From: Vicinamibacteria bacterium
Lineage (GTDB): Bacteria > Acidobacteriota > Vicinamibacteria > Fen-336 > CBDFGD01
Direction: 5' to 3'
NCBI GenBank assembly: GCA_965246965.1
Contig: CBDFGD010000001.1
Location: 516,705 to 580,704, forward strand
DNA: 64,000 bases
Part shown: positions 21,252 through 31,478 of the stretch, one piece after another
Position numbering within the stretch: the first letter of the stretch is position 1
How the letters are laid out: each line of letters begins with the position of its first letter
Position numbers and translations under genes: made by a program
Notes under the pieces: generated by a model
Told to the model about the DNA's origin: nothing
The model's database searches: none
The model's input: only the letters and a program-made list of their open reading frames with translations

Positions 21252-21776
21252 TTACCAGCCTTTCGCGCTCCGCAACGACGTGATGTGGGCGGTGTGGTGC
21301 CGCCCGTGCCACGCATAGAGGCCGAGGTTCCACGGCAGCGCCACCGACCCGAGCTCGGGATGTTGGAACGTCCGGGCCCAGCCGGCCTCGTCGATGCTGC
21401 GCAGCATCTCGACCCAGCGGCGGTGGAGCGGAGTGAGGATGTCGAGAGACATGCCGACCGGGCCCCGGCTCGCGTCGGGTAGCTGTGCCCAGCCCGGTTG
21501 GTCGTAGGGGCGTATCGTCGGGTTCGGCTCGGTCAGCGCGAGCTTGAAACGAACATAGGCGTTGATGTGGCTGTCCGCCACGTGGTGCACGACCTGACGG
21601 GCCGTCCAGCCGCCATCGCGATAGGGAGTGTCGAGTTGGCCGTCGTCCAACCCGGCGACGGCGGCGCCGAGCGCGGCGGGTGCCTGCTCGACCTGCTCGA
21701 TGAGCCCCTCTCGAACCGTGGCCGTGAACTCCGCGGGCGGCTCGTAGGGCCCGATCGGGTAGCGCGGGTCAGACAT
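21252..21776 (-). CDS. yfiT: YfiT/DinB family metal-dependent (bacillithiol-type) S-transferase
   Basis: RYPIG, LDTPYRDGGWT.RQVVHH.ADSH.N, YAWHGRHHTAHI. Confidence 0.92.
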   Translation of the reverse strand: MSDPRYPIGPYEPPAEFTATVREGLIEQVEQAPAALGAAVAGLDDGQLDTPYRDGGWTARQVVHHVADSHINAYVRFKLALTEPNPTIRPYDQPGWAQLPDASRGPVGMSLDILTPLHRRWVEMLRSIDEAGWARTFQHPELGSVALPWNLGLYAWHGRHHTAHITSLRSAKGW

Positions 21777-21936
21777 GGTGTTCTCCTCCTTGGCCCCAAC
21801 CCGACGAGCTTACCCGCTCATCGAGGTTGATTGTCGAGCCGGAGAGCCGTGGTGGGTGCCGGGCGACTCGCGGACGGCGCGCGCCTCGCCACCTGGCTTC
21901 TCCTCGGGATGCGCCGCTGCTAGCCTGAGAGCGACA

Positions 21937-22725
21937 ATGCGCGGGGCCGGAGCCGGGGATCGTGACAAGAGAAACGATGCAGAGCGCCAGCGAACCGTAG
22001 CGGTTCCGCTCGTTGCCCTCGTCGCCGCGGGCGTCGCTGTCATCGCGAGTATTGTCGTCATAGCGTTCTTCGTGGGCCGCGAGTCGGCTCGCAAGGACCC
22101 GGCCTCCGTTGCTGCCGTGGCGGTCGAGCCCGCAGCGTCTTCAGCGGTCGGTTCCGACCGCGACACGGAGCGACCCGAAACCGGGGAGGGAGGAGACCGA
22201 GGCTCGCCACGCAGTGACTTCGAGGCGCTGTTTCCGCCGGAGCTGAACACCGGGCTCGCCCCGGGCGAGGCCGACGCCGAGAGTCGGATGCCTGAAACGC
22301 CGCCCGACGCGGGCGGCACGGCGGCACAAGACACGGCGGTCTCCGGTTACTTCCGGGAGCTGGACTCTGTCGAGCGGGAAGCGAAGTACTGGAGCAATCC
22401 CCAGGACCTCGCGATGATGTTGCTCGGCCAGGTTGGAAGCGGAGATACGAGCGGTTTCGACCAGCTCGTCGGAAGCCAACGACAGGCTCTCGATCGAGTG
22501 CGACGCATCAACCCACCGCCGCCCTGTACCGATCACCACCGCCGCGTGGTGTCGCTGATGGGCCGCGGCGTGAGCCTCTTGGAGACCGTGCGTGATGCCG
22601 CGGTGGCCGGCGACTCCGGAGGCCTGATGGCGTTGCCGACACAGGCCCAGCAGCTCGAGAGCGAGGCGCGGCAAGTCGACGCGCTCGGCGAGCAGCTCCG
22701 CCAGCGATTCGGCGTCTCTGGCTGA
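21937..22725 (+). CDS. Hypothetical membrane-anchored protein
   Basis: One TM, low-complexity linker, helical C-terminal domain; start uncertain. Confidence 0.7.
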   Translation: MRGAGAGDRDKRNDAERQRTVAVPLVALVAAGVAVIASIVVIAFFVGRESARKDPASVAAVAVEPAASSAVGSDRDTERPETGEGGDRGSPRSDFEALFPPELNTGLAPGEADAESRMPETPPDAGGTAAQDTAVSGYFRELDSVEREAKYWSNPQDLAMMLLGQVGSGDTSGFDQLVGSQRQALDRVRRINPPPPCTDHHRRVVSLMGRGVSLLETVRDAAVAGDSGGLMALPTQAQQLESEARQVDALGEQLRQRFGVSG

Positions 22726-22745
22726 CCGCCGGAAGGCAGTCACGG

Positions 22746-22940
22746 TCGCCACAGAGGCACAGATGACGGCCCGCTCCGACCGTTCGCTCTTCTTTCCGGG
22801 GCCGAAGAGATGACAAGGCCGCGACTCGAAGGTGTTCCAGGGGTGCGAGGGCAGGTTCGCGGGGAGATGGCGGCCGATCGGAGCGGCCGTTTTTCTCCGT
22901 GCGTTCTCTGTGGTCTCCGTGACTCTGTGGCTGCCGTCGA
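22746..22940. repeat. Inverted pair of CACAGAG-type repeats between convergent genes
   Basis: GCCACAGAGGCACAGA and CTCTGTGGTCTCCGTGACTCTGTGGC. Confidence 0.65.
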
Positions 22941-22948
22941 TTCGTTGG

Positions 22949-23173
22949 CTATTGACGAATGCGGCGAATGGCGCGTCCCGGTGCGCTCATCTCGTGGCAG
23001 AGATCGTCGAGGTAGCGCAGCAGGCCGTCCTCATCGATCTCCCCTGGTACCACGAGCTCGGGTAGCGGGCGTCGCTTGCCCTCGCCGGCGCGGTAGGCGA
23101 CCCATCGCTCCTCGACGCGCTCGAGGTCCACGACAAAGACTCCGTAGAGGTCGAAGCGTAACTTGTGAGTCAA
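22949..23173 (-). CDS. Small hypothetical protein
   Basis: RFDLYG...W..YR.GEGKRR...L.RYLDDL.HE reads as a compact protein; TTG start assumed. Confidence 0.65.
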   Translation of the reverse strand: MTHKLRFDLYGVFVVDLERVEERWVAYRAGEGKRRPLPELVVPGEIDEDGLLRYLDDLCHEMSAPGRAIRRIRQ

Positions 23174-23372
23174 GTGTTCGCCGTGTCGTCCGCGGCAAGC
23201 GACAGGATCATACAGCCTGAGCGAGAGGTGCCGCGTAGAGTGGGCCTCTTTGATGAATGCGACACCAGGGGCGCTGGTGCTCAACCGGTGCCCCTGGTCA
23301 GCGTGGCCCGCTCGGAGCGGTACCCGAGCGACCCTCTGCGTGGCCCACCTCGGAGCGGCACCCGAGCGATCC

Positions 23373-25419
23373 CTAGCTCTCGACTGTCTCCTGGAGCGCT
23401 TCCCAGGCGCCCATCAGCTCGTTGACCTCGGCAGCCAGGGCCTCGTACTCCGCCACCAGCGGGGTGGCCTCCGCCCGGTCCTCGTAGAAGCCGGGCTGGG
23501 CCATCGCCCGCTCCAGCTCGCGGACGCGGCCCTCCTTGGTGGAGATCTCGCGCTCCAGATCGCGCACCTTCGAGCGGGCTCTCCTCGTTTCCATCTCGCC
23601 CGCAGCCTTCTCCTTCCTCCGGAGCCGGGGTGCCAGTGGGTTTTGTGGTGTCGCGGTGGCGGGCGCCGAGTCACCCGACGGGCCACGCGCGGCCTGCCGA
23701 GCCTGGCGTTCCTCGCGTCGGCTCTTGCGCCGAGTCGACGCCGCGCCGATCGGTTCGGTCGCCTCACTCGGCTCGCCCTGTGGGATTCGTCCGCGTGTCG
23801 GCGGCGCCGTCGGCTCGCCGCTGTTTCCACTCGAGGAACTCCTCGTAGCCGCCGGGGTAGCTGAGAATCCCGGCGTTTCCAACCTCGACGACCTTCGCGG
23901 CCAGGCGGTCGATGAAGTAGCGATCGTGAGAAACGAACACGATCGTCCCGTGGTAGTCGAGCAGCGCGTCGAGCAACACCTCTTTCGAATCGATGTCCAG
24001 ATGGTTCGTCGGCTCGTCGAGGAGCAGGAGGCTCGAGGGGACGAGCAGCATCTTGGCCAAGGCCAGGCGGTTTCGCTCGCCGCCGGACAGCACGCCGACC
24101 TTCTTGTAAACGTCGTCACCCGCGAACAGAAAGCCACCCAGTATCGTGCGGATGCGCGGCACCATTCCCATCGGGCTGACGCTCGTCATCTCCTCATAAA
24201 CGGTCGAGCGGGGGTCGAGGATCTTCGCCTGGTCCTGTGCGAAGTACTCCATCACGACCTGGTGGCCGAGCTCGTGGGTTCCCTCGTCAGGCCGGTCGAC
24301 GCCGGCCAGTACCCGCATCAGCGTTGATTTGCCCGCTCCGTTCGGGCCGACGAGGGCGACGCGATCGCCGCGCTCGATCATCAGGTCGATTTCGTTCAGG
24401 ACGACCTTGTCGCCGTAGGCGCGACGCACACCCTTCAACTGGAACGAGATGCGCCCCGGCCGCGGGGCGTCGGGGAAGGTGAAGCGGATCTTCTTGCGCT
24501 GCGGCGGGATCTCGATGCGTTCGATCTTGTCGAGCATCTTGACGCGACTCTGCACCTGACGCGCCTTGGAAGCCTTGTACCGGAAGCGGCTGATGAACGC
24601 ATCCGCCTTCTCGATCTCCTCCTGCTGTCGGCGGTGAGACTCGAGCAGCCGCTCCATGCGGGCGGCGTGCTCGACGAGGTAGTGGGAATAGTCGCCGTGG
24701 TAGTCGGTCAGGGTCTTGAGGCCGACCTCGGTGATGCGGTGGATCGACGCGTCCAGGAAGTAGCGGTCGTGGGCGACGAGAACGACGGAGCCGGGGTACT
24801 CGGCGAGGTACTCCTCGAGCCAGTTGCGCGCGGGCAGGTCCAGGTGGTTGGTGGGCTCGTCCATCAGCAGCAGGTTGGGGCGAGCGAGCAGCAGCTTGGC
24901 CAGAGCGATGCGCATCTGCCAGCCGCCCGAGAACTCTTCGCAGGGCCGGCTCCAATCAGATTTCTCGAAACCGAGCCCGCCCAGCACGTCGTCGATCCGC
25001 GCATCCATCTCGTAGCCGCCCAGGTGCTTGAAACGCTCCGTGGCCTCGGCGTAGCGAGTCAACAGCGACTCGTGCTCCGCCTCGTCGGCATCGTCGTGAC
25101 TCAACCGCTCCTCGATACTCCGCTGCTGCTGCTGGAGCGAGAGCAGCTCCTCGAAGGCCAGGCAGACCTCGTCGTAGAGCGACCGGCCCCGATGCTCGAG
25201 ACCGTCCTGCGGCAGGTACCCGACGCTCGTGTCCGTCGCCATGCGGATCTCGCCGGAATCGGGCTCGTCGAGTCTTGCCAGCATGCGCAGCAGCGTCGAC
25301 TTGCCGGAGCCGTTCGGGCCGGAGAGACCGATCCGATCGCGCTTCTTGACGTGCCAGCCGGTATCTTGGAACAGCACGCGTTCTCCGAACCGCTTGCAGA
25401 GCCGCTCGATATGAATCAC
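23373..25419 (-). CDS. ABC-F family ATP-binding protein (frameshift at about 23790 before the C-terminal coiled coil)
   Basis: Two NBDs: GPNGSGKS/FSGGWQMR/DEPTNHLD and GPNGAGKS/LSGGE/DEPTNHLD; no TM segments. Confidence 0.93.
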
Positions 25420-25709
25420 TCGGGGGTCTCCGACTCCCTGACTTTCCGGAGCAGCTCGACGGGGGCACCGGTTTCGGCGACGGGCAGGTTGAGGAACTCG
25501 CGGCAGTTCTGGACCAGCATCTGGCGGTGGCGGGCGTCGATCACGTTGAGCTGGTTTTCGTTGATCACCTTCGTTTCGAGCTGCTCCCATTCCTTCCAGC
25601 AGTCGCCGCACACGGACGCGAGAATCTCCCCCTTGACCGAGCGGGGCATGCCGACGCGTTTCGGCTCGGGCGGCTCGGCGCTCCGCCCGCAGCGCTTGCA
25701 TTCGATCAC
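25416..25709 (-). CDS. YggX-like Fe(II)-trafficking / oxidative damage protection protein
   Basis: I...VC.DCWKEW......INE..LN; extra N-terminal CKRC. Confidence 0.75.
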   Translation of the reverse strand: MIECKRCGRSAEPPEPKRVGMPRSVKGEILASVCGDCWKEWEQLETKVINENQLNVIDARHRQMLVQNCREFLNLPVAETGAPVELLRKVRESETPE

Positions 25710-25758
25710 TCAGTGGGCTCCAAAAGCACGAGTATACCGGCATCCCTATAATGGGCCC

Positions 25759-27189
25759 ATGGACATAGCGACGATCGACAGCTTCGAGGCCCTCGAGTTG
25801 AAGGCGGAAACCCTGGCGAGCCTCGACGCCAAGGGATACCGCGCGCCCACCCCCTGCCAGGCGGAGGCGATTCCGCGAGCCCTCGGCGGCCACGACCTGG
25901 TCGTGCAGTCGCGGACCGGCACGGGGAAGACGGCGGCGTTCGGCATCCCCATTGTCGAACGCGTCGAGCCGGAGAAGCAGGAGGTTCAGGCGCTGGTACT
26001 GGCTCCCACTCGCGAGCTGGCGCTGCAGGTCGCCCAGGAGCTGACGGAGCTGGGGAGCGGCCATGGGATCAAGGTTCTCAGCATCTACGGCGGAGACTCG
26101 ATGGACCGCCAGCTCGAAGGCATCCGGGCTGGCGCTCACGTCATCGCCGGGACGCCGGGCCGGGTCCTGGATCACCTCAGACGTCGCACCCTCCGCCTCG
26201 ATGCCGTCAAGATCTTGGTGTTGGACGAGGCGGATCGAATGCTCGACATGGGTTTCGCCGACGAGATGAGCCAGATCATGGAGTACGTGCCGGGCGAACG
26301 GCAGACGATGCTCTTCTCCGCCACGATCCCGCTCGGGATTCGCGGAATGATCTACCACTACCTGGATTCGCCCGAATGGGTGCTGCTCTCCGAGGACCAG
26401 ATCTACGTCAAGGAGGTCCAGCACCTCTACTGCCTGACGCCGAAGCTCCATAAGGAGACGACGCTCTACAAGCTGCTCGAGTACGAGAACCCCGCCACCT
26501 CGATGGTCTTCTGCAACACGCGCGAGGAGACGCGCCTCGTGCACGCCTTTCTCGCAGGCAAGGGTCTGGCATCGGCGATGCTCTCGTCCGATCTGGCGCA
26601 AAAGAAGCGCGAACGGGTCATGGGGCGCTTCCGCCGCGGCGAGATCCGGCACATGGTGACCACGGATGTCGCCTCGCGCGGCATCGACATCGAAGACCTC
26701 TCCCACGTCTTCATCTACTCGACGCCCGACTCGCCCGAGCAGTACATCCACCGCGCCGGTCGAACCGGCCGCGTCGGCAAGAGCGGCCGAGCCATCAGCC
26801 TCGTATCGGCTCACGACCTCGTGAACTTCAACCGGCTCGTGAAGCGCTACCACATCGATGTCGGTGAGGTGAACGTCCCCTCCGACGAGCAGGTCGAGGA
26901 GCGCAAGTTGGAGCGGATCGTCACGCGTCTGGCCGCCGAAGGTCAGTCGCTCCCGATGGAGGACTACGCGGAGCTGGCGCCAATTTCGAAGAGAATCGCC
27001 GACCACGAGTACCGGGATCGCATCGTCTCGTCGTTGCTGCGGCTGTTCTTCCAGCCTCCCGCTCCGGATCCGGAAGACCTCGAGGACGACGAGCCGCCAA
27101 CCCGGCGTCCCTCGGGAGATGGCCGGCGTCGCGGACGCAGCGGCGGCGGCAGCGGCGGTCGTGGGCGGGGTCCGCGCCGCCGTAGCTGA
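25759..27189 (+). CDS. DEAD-box RNA helicase
   Basis: Q motif, TGTGKT, PTRELA, TPGR, DEAD, SAT, HRAGRTGR, RG-rich tail. Confidence 0.96.
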   Translation: MDIATIDSFEALELKAETLASLDAKGYRAPTPCQAEAIPRALGGHDLVVQSRTGTGKTAAFGIPIVERVEPEKQEVQALVLAPTRELALQVAQELTELGSGHGIKVLSIYGGDSMDRQLEGIRAGAHVIAGTPGRVLDHLRRRTLRLDAVKILVLDEADRMLDMGFADEMSQIMEYVPGERQTMLFSATIPLGIRGMIYHYLDSPEWVLLSEDQIYVKEVQHLYCLTPKLHKETTLYKLLEYENPATSMVFCNTREETRLVHAFLAGKGLASAMLSSDLAQKKRERVMGRFRRGEIRHMVTTDVASRGIDIEDLSHVFIYSTPDSPEQYIHRAGRTGRVGKSGRAISLVSAHDLVNFNRLVKRYHIDVGEVNVPSDEQVEERKLERIVTRLAAEGQSLPMEDYAELAPISKRIADHEYRDRIVSSLLRLFFQPPAPDPEDLEDDEPPTRRPSGDGRRRGRSGGGSGGRGRGPRRRS

Positions 27190-27201
27190 GCACCCACGCT
27201 C

Positions 27202-27606
27202 GTGGCGGAAGCGAATCGGGCCTGTCCCAACTGTTCGGCGCCGCTGAACCTGGAAGTGGGCCAGGTCGAGATCCTGTGCGAGTACTGCGACTCGCTGCTC
27301 AAGTTCGTTCCGTCGAAGGAAGAGCTCGAGGTCGTGCTGACGCGCGAGCAGATGAAGCACCGCCAGCGCGTTGCCAAGCAGCGCACGATTCTCGAGAACC
27401 AACTCCGCCAGGACGAGAGCGAGAAGTGGCGACGCACGGCCGCGAACGTCGCGATCCAGGCGCTGCCGATCGTGGGCACACACGCCGGCCACGCCCTGTT
27501 CCGAGCCGCCCTCGGACGGAGCGTCGGCAGTTGCGCGGGGAGCGAGTGTGGCTGCCTGGCCATCCTGATCGGCCTGATCGCCGCCGCCGCCGCGTCTCTG
27601 TTGTAG
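27202..27606 (+). CDS. Zinc-ribbon hypothetical protein with C-terminal TM
   Basis: CPNC...CEYC; hydrophobic C-terminus. Confidence 0.75.
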   Translation: MAEANRACPNCSAPLNLEVGQVEILCEYCDSLLKFVPSKEELEVVLTREQMKHRQRVAKQRTILENQLRQDESEKWRRTAANVAIQALPIVGTHAGHALFRAALGRSVGSCAGSECGCLAILIGLIAAAAASLL

Positions 27607-27689
27607 GCCCCTCTCCCCCGCGGGCCTGGGTTCGGGCGTTTGCGGAAGGAGAGCTTCCGCTTACGAGAAGCTGCTGGCGCGGCGGGGGT

Positions 27690-27950
27690 TCAGCCGATCT
27701 TCCCCTTGGCGATCGCGGCCTGGACGGTCGTGATGGTCTTGCTCATCATGCCGTTGAGCGCTTCGTCCTGCTCGGCCTTCGGTAGCGACTGTCCCGCTAT
27801 TTCGGCGTACGAGACCTGCTTGCGCCAAAGCACGCTCCCGCCGACGTAGACACGGACCTCGAAGCACGACTGGTCGACGCCGAGGTCCTCGGCCTGGATG
27901 TGGTACTCCTTGCCTTCGTGGTTGAAGACACGGTTGGCGCCGACGATCAC
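27690..27950 (-). CDS. Small hypothetical protein (G.N....YH.Q.ED type)
   Basis: MIVGANRVFNHEGKEYHIQAED; GTGA overlap with the upstream ATPase. Confidence 0.78.
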   Translation of the reverse strand: MIVGANRVFNHEGKEYHIQAEDLGVDQSCFEVRVYVGGSVLWRKQVSYAEIAGQSLPKAEQDEALNGMMSKTITTVQAAIAKGKIG

Positions 27951-29002
27951 GAGCGCGAGGTGTGTTCTGGCGACGCTTCGCGCGCCGCGATCGAGACGGA
28001 GCGCCTCAGCCAGCGCTCGAAGAACCAGTTACCGACGCCGAGGCGATCGCCGTCGGTCGCGATGTAGCCCATCATTCGAAGACCGAGCAGAACGGGCTCG
28101 ACGTCGTCCTCGGTGCGCCGCACGGCTTCGGCGAGCTCGGCCCGCTTGCGCCGTCCCTCGCGGCCCAGCTCCTCGAGAATCTGCCGCTCGATCGGTTCGA
28201 GAGTCTGAAAATCGATAGAGAAGAAGTTCGAGACCATCTCGTCGGCCGCCACCTGGTCGATCGTGGCGCGGGCGTCGCCGTTCTGGAACATGCGGCTCGC
28301 GATCAGCTGCAGCAGGAAGGGGTGACACGCGGTGCGTTCGATGACGAGCTCGACGGCCTCCTCGCCGAAATCGGCGCGGTTCAACAGCTGGCGTGCGGAT
28401 TCAGCAGCGAGCGGCGTGAGGTAGAGCGGCGGGATGAAGCCCTGCAGAAACGGTGACGTCGCGAAATCGGTTGCAGCGTCGAGGCGGCTGAGGCGCCGCG
28501 TCGACGTCATCACGGCGCGCGCGTCGTGGCCCCGCTGGAAGATCCGGCGCAGCCGCGGCAGGACCGGGGCATCGCTCTTGGCGACCGTCAGCAGCTCCTC
28601 GGCCTCATCGATGAGCAGCAGCAGGCGCCAGCCGCTGCGCACCGTCCGGCGCACCAGCGTCGTCAACATGTCGGCGACGTGGAACCCCTCGACATCCTCA
28701 GGGGCCACGCTGGCGGCGCGCCGGAAGGCCTCACTGTCCTCGATGCTTCCCAGCAGACTGTCCGCTAATCCGCGCGCGTCGCCGCTGCCTTCGAGGTCCC
28801 AGTAGAGCGGAATCCAGGGCGTCTGGCTGCTCTGCTGGACCCGCCACTCGAGCTCCTTCAAGAGGCTGGTCTTGCCGAGACGGCGGGCGCCGACCACCCA
28901 GAGCGAGTCGCGCTCCCCTTCGAGGATCTCCTGGAGCATGGCGCCGCGGCCGAAGAAATTGTCGCCGCGAACCCAGCTTCCGGCGATGAACGGGTTACGC
29001 AC
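27947..29002 (-). CDS. STAND-like AAA ATPase with probable C-terminal winged helix
   Basis: NPFIAG...FFGR, GARRLGKTS, LLIDE, HPFLLQ. Confidence 0.88.
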   Translation of the reverse strand: MRNPFIAGSWVRGDNFFGRGAMLQEILEGERDSLWVVGARRLGKTSLLKELEWRVQQSSQTPWIPLYWDLEGSGDARGLADSLLGSIEDSEAFRRAASVAPEDVEGFHVADMLTTLVRRTVRSGWRLLLLIDEAEELLTVAKSDAPVLPRLRRIFQRGHDARAVMTSTRRLSRLDAATDFATSPFLQGFIPPLYLTPLAAESARQLLNRADFGEEAVELVIERTACHPFLLQLIASRMFQNGDARATIDQVAADEMVSNFFSIDFQTLEPIERQILEELGREGRRKRAELAEAVRRTEDDVEPVLLGLRMMGYIATDGDRLGVGNWFFERWLRRSVSIAAREASPEHTSRS

Positions 29003-29041
29003 TCAGGGTGCCTCGTGTCATGGCGGGGAGTCTGCCACAGG

Positions 29042-31477
29042 TCAGGCTGACACCTTGTCCTCGACCGGTCGCGGCTCCGGATGCCGTCCCTCGAAGAGGA
29101 CGTCGGGCTCGATCTCGTCGATGTCTTCGACCCGGACGACCGTGCGGTGCTCCTCGATGATGCGGTTCACGGCGTGGATGCAAAACTTCTGGATCAGGTA
29201 GGGCTTGCCTTCGCTGCGCTCGATGATCGTGTCCACCGCGTCTGGCTCGTACCGGAAGATTCCCTCGACCGGAGTCCGAATCAGCGCCTCCGCCTCCTCT
29301 CGGCCGAACGGAGGCAGCACGATCTCGTCGAAGAAGTTGTACCAGGGACTGCCTTCGCTCTTCCAGGTTCTCTTGATCCCGACACCGCTCATGATGGCCA
29401 CGAGGTGCTCGGAGAACGTCTTCATGAAGATGCTCCGGAGGCGCTGGTTCGTGCGCTCCGAGTACTCGTTGAGCGCGTCGACCTCGTCGATCAGCAGGGC
29501 GAGTTTGACGTGTCCGGGCGTGCGCGTCTTCAGCGACTCGATGACGAGCCGGACGTCGTGGTTGAAGTCGCGGCCGTCGAAGTCGTCGTTCCCGGCGCCG
29601 AAGCGGAGCGCCGCCTTGGAAGCCTCGTCGATCTCGAGTTGATCGAGGACGTCCGACATCACGGTGTGGAAGAAGCTCGACTCGGGCACACCCTGCAGGT
29701 CGGTGAAGACGGGGAAGAAGCGGTAGTCGGTGTCGGCGTCGGCTTCGAGCGCTCGCTTCAGGTGGTAGAGGAACGTGGTCTTGCCGATGCGGCGCTCCCC
29801 GGTGATGACGAGGCTGTTGTGGTGCAGCACGTTCATCATCCGCGCCATCACCTTTTCGCGGCCGAAGAAGAGATGCGCGTCCATCACCGGCGCGCCGGCG
29901 ATGTAGGGGTTGAAGCGCCGCCGGACGGCCCGGCGGCGGCGCAGATGCTGAAATAGAAAACCGGCGAAGAGCAGGCCCGTCGCCGAGGCCACGGCGGACG
30001 GGAGGAACGCCGACGTCTCGTGGAAGCGCAGTCGTCGCGTCAGCCGCAGCGTCTCGGAGTGCGTCAAACCAGTGGAGTCCGTCGCCGTGACCACGATCTG
30101 GTTGAGGCCCGGCTCGAGCGGGAACTTGCGATCGAAGCGAACGTTGCGCGACGACGAGGTCAGGTCGAAGCTCGGCGGCGGCGCCTGCTCTGCAACGACC
30201 TGGTCGCCGATCCTGAATTCGACCTTGGCGATGCCGCGGTCGTCGCTCGCCACGCCCACGATGGAGATCGAATCCGCCTCGATTTCCAGCTGCTGTGTTC
30301 GCGGCGCGAACACCGTGAGCGCGGGCTGCAGGTTGGGAAGCCAGCGGCTCACCAGCGCCTCGCCGATCTTCATCTCAGCGAACGCGAGTCGCTCCTGGGC
30401 TTCGACGTTGCCCGGATCGAGGCGAAGCAGATTGGCGATCCGCACCTGGGCCTGGGCGAACTCGCCAGCCAGCAGCAGCTCCTGAGCCTCGCGTCGGAGC
30501 TCCTCGATGCGAGCGCGCAGGTCGCGCTGCTGGCGCATGCCCTCCAGGATCTTGAGCGCGGTCTCGAGCAGATCCTGAGCCACCTTGTTGTCGGGGTTGG
30601 CGGCAGCGTCGGTCAGAGGCCGCACCGCTTCTTCGTACTGGCCGGCTTCGAACGCTGCCTTGCCTTGCTGGAAAGCCAGCTCGAGGGCGTTGCGCGTTCG
30701 CGTCGCGAGGATGAGGTCCTGCGCTTCCTGCTTGCCGGCCTGCGCCGGAGAATTGCTGGGATCCAGGCCCAGCACCTGATCGAATGCCACGACCGCGGCA
30801 GTCGCGTTGTTCGATGCGAGCAGCTGCTGGCCGCGCGACAACTCCTGCTCGATGCGCTCGCGCCGGCCCGCCTGCTCTTGCAGGTTGCGCTCTCTAGCGA
30901 GGATTCGTTCCTGCAACTGCGTGACCCTTTGTTGCGAGTCCCTGCCGAGCCCCATGGCCGCAACCTGCGCCTGTGCGAGCAGCGTCAACGGCTCCTCGAA
31001 CTGGTTCTGGGCGAAGAGGGCGTCCGCCTCCTTCAAGAGGCGCTCGACCTCCTCGCGGGCCAGCCTCGCCGCCTTTTGGCGCTCGCCGTTCTCGGCCTCG
31101 GTACGGAACTGGCGGAGGTCGGCGTAAGCGTCGGCGTTCCGGACCGTGCCGCGGTCTTCCGAGATGTTGAACATCCGGATCGCCTGTGGGAAGTCCCCCT
31201 GGCGGAGGTAGCAGAGGCCCAGCTGGTAGTAGGGGAGGTAGTCCTCGAACTGGAGACCGTACGTCCGCTCCTTCAACCCGGGGGTGGGCTTGATCTTGAT
31301 CGCAGCGAGCAGGTTTTCGACGGCCTGATCGTATTGGGCTTTGGGGATCTGCTCGTCGCGGGCCTCCAGGTAGTGGTCGTACCACTCTCGGACGGCCCAG
31401 GCCGGGGCGGGGACGAGGAAGAGGATGCAACACGCTGCGGCAATCGCCCGAAGCGGGCTCGAGCGACGCCGCGACAC
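29042..31477 (-). CDS. Signal peptide - TPR - Ig-like - TM - STAND-like AAA ATPase
   Basis: Signal peptide, TPR-like helices, GVASDDRGI...L.PGLN.I.V.ATD Ig-like motif, TM plus RRRR, NPYIAG..FFGRE, GERRIGKT, LLIDE. Confidence 0.88.
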   Translation of the reverse strand: MSRRRSSPLRAIAAACCILFLVPAPAWAVREWYDHYLEARDEQIPKAQYDQAVENLLAAIKIKPTPGLKERTYGLQFEDYLPYYQLGLCYLRQGDFPQAIRMFNISEDRGTVRNADAYADLRQFRTEAENGERQKAARLAREEVERLLKEADALFAQNQFEEPLTLLAQAQVAAMGLGRDSQQRVTQLQERILARERNLQEQAGRRERIEQELSRGQQLLASNNATAAVVAFDQVLGLDPSNSPAQAGKQEAQDLILATRTRNALELAFQQGKAAFEAGQYEEAVRPLTDAAANPDNKVAQDLLETALKILEGMRQQRDLRARIEELRREAQELLLAGEFAQAQVRIANLLRLDPGNVEAQERLAFAEMKIGEALVSRWLPNLQPALTVFAPRTQQLEIEADSISIVGVASDDRGIAKVEFRIGDQVVAEQAPPPSFDLTSSSRNVRFDRKFPLEPGLNQIVVTATDSTGLTHSETLRLTRRLRFHETSAFLPSAVASATGLLFAGFLFQHLRRRRAVRRRFNPYIAGAPVMDAHLFFGREKVMARMMNVLHHNSLVITGERRIGKTTFLYHLKRALEADADTDYRFFPVFTDLQGVPESSFFHTVMSDVLDQLEIDEASKAALRFGAGNDDFDGRDFNHDVRLVIESLKTRTPGHVKLALLIDEVDALNEYSERTNQRLRSIFMKTFSEHLVAIMSGVGIKRTWKSEGSPWYNFFDEIVLPPFGREEAEALIRTPVEGIFRYEPDAVDTIIERSEGKPYLIQKFCIHAVNRIIEEHRTVVRVEDIDEIEPDVLFEGRHPEPRPVEDKVSA

Positions 31478-31478
31478 G

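Noticed and set aside
23764-27492. 1242-aa and 851-aa ORFs as giant fusion proteins
   Set aside because: Their N-terminal extensions are antisense shadows of the DEAD helicase and ABC-F genes; the real starts are 25419 (minus) and 25759 (plus).
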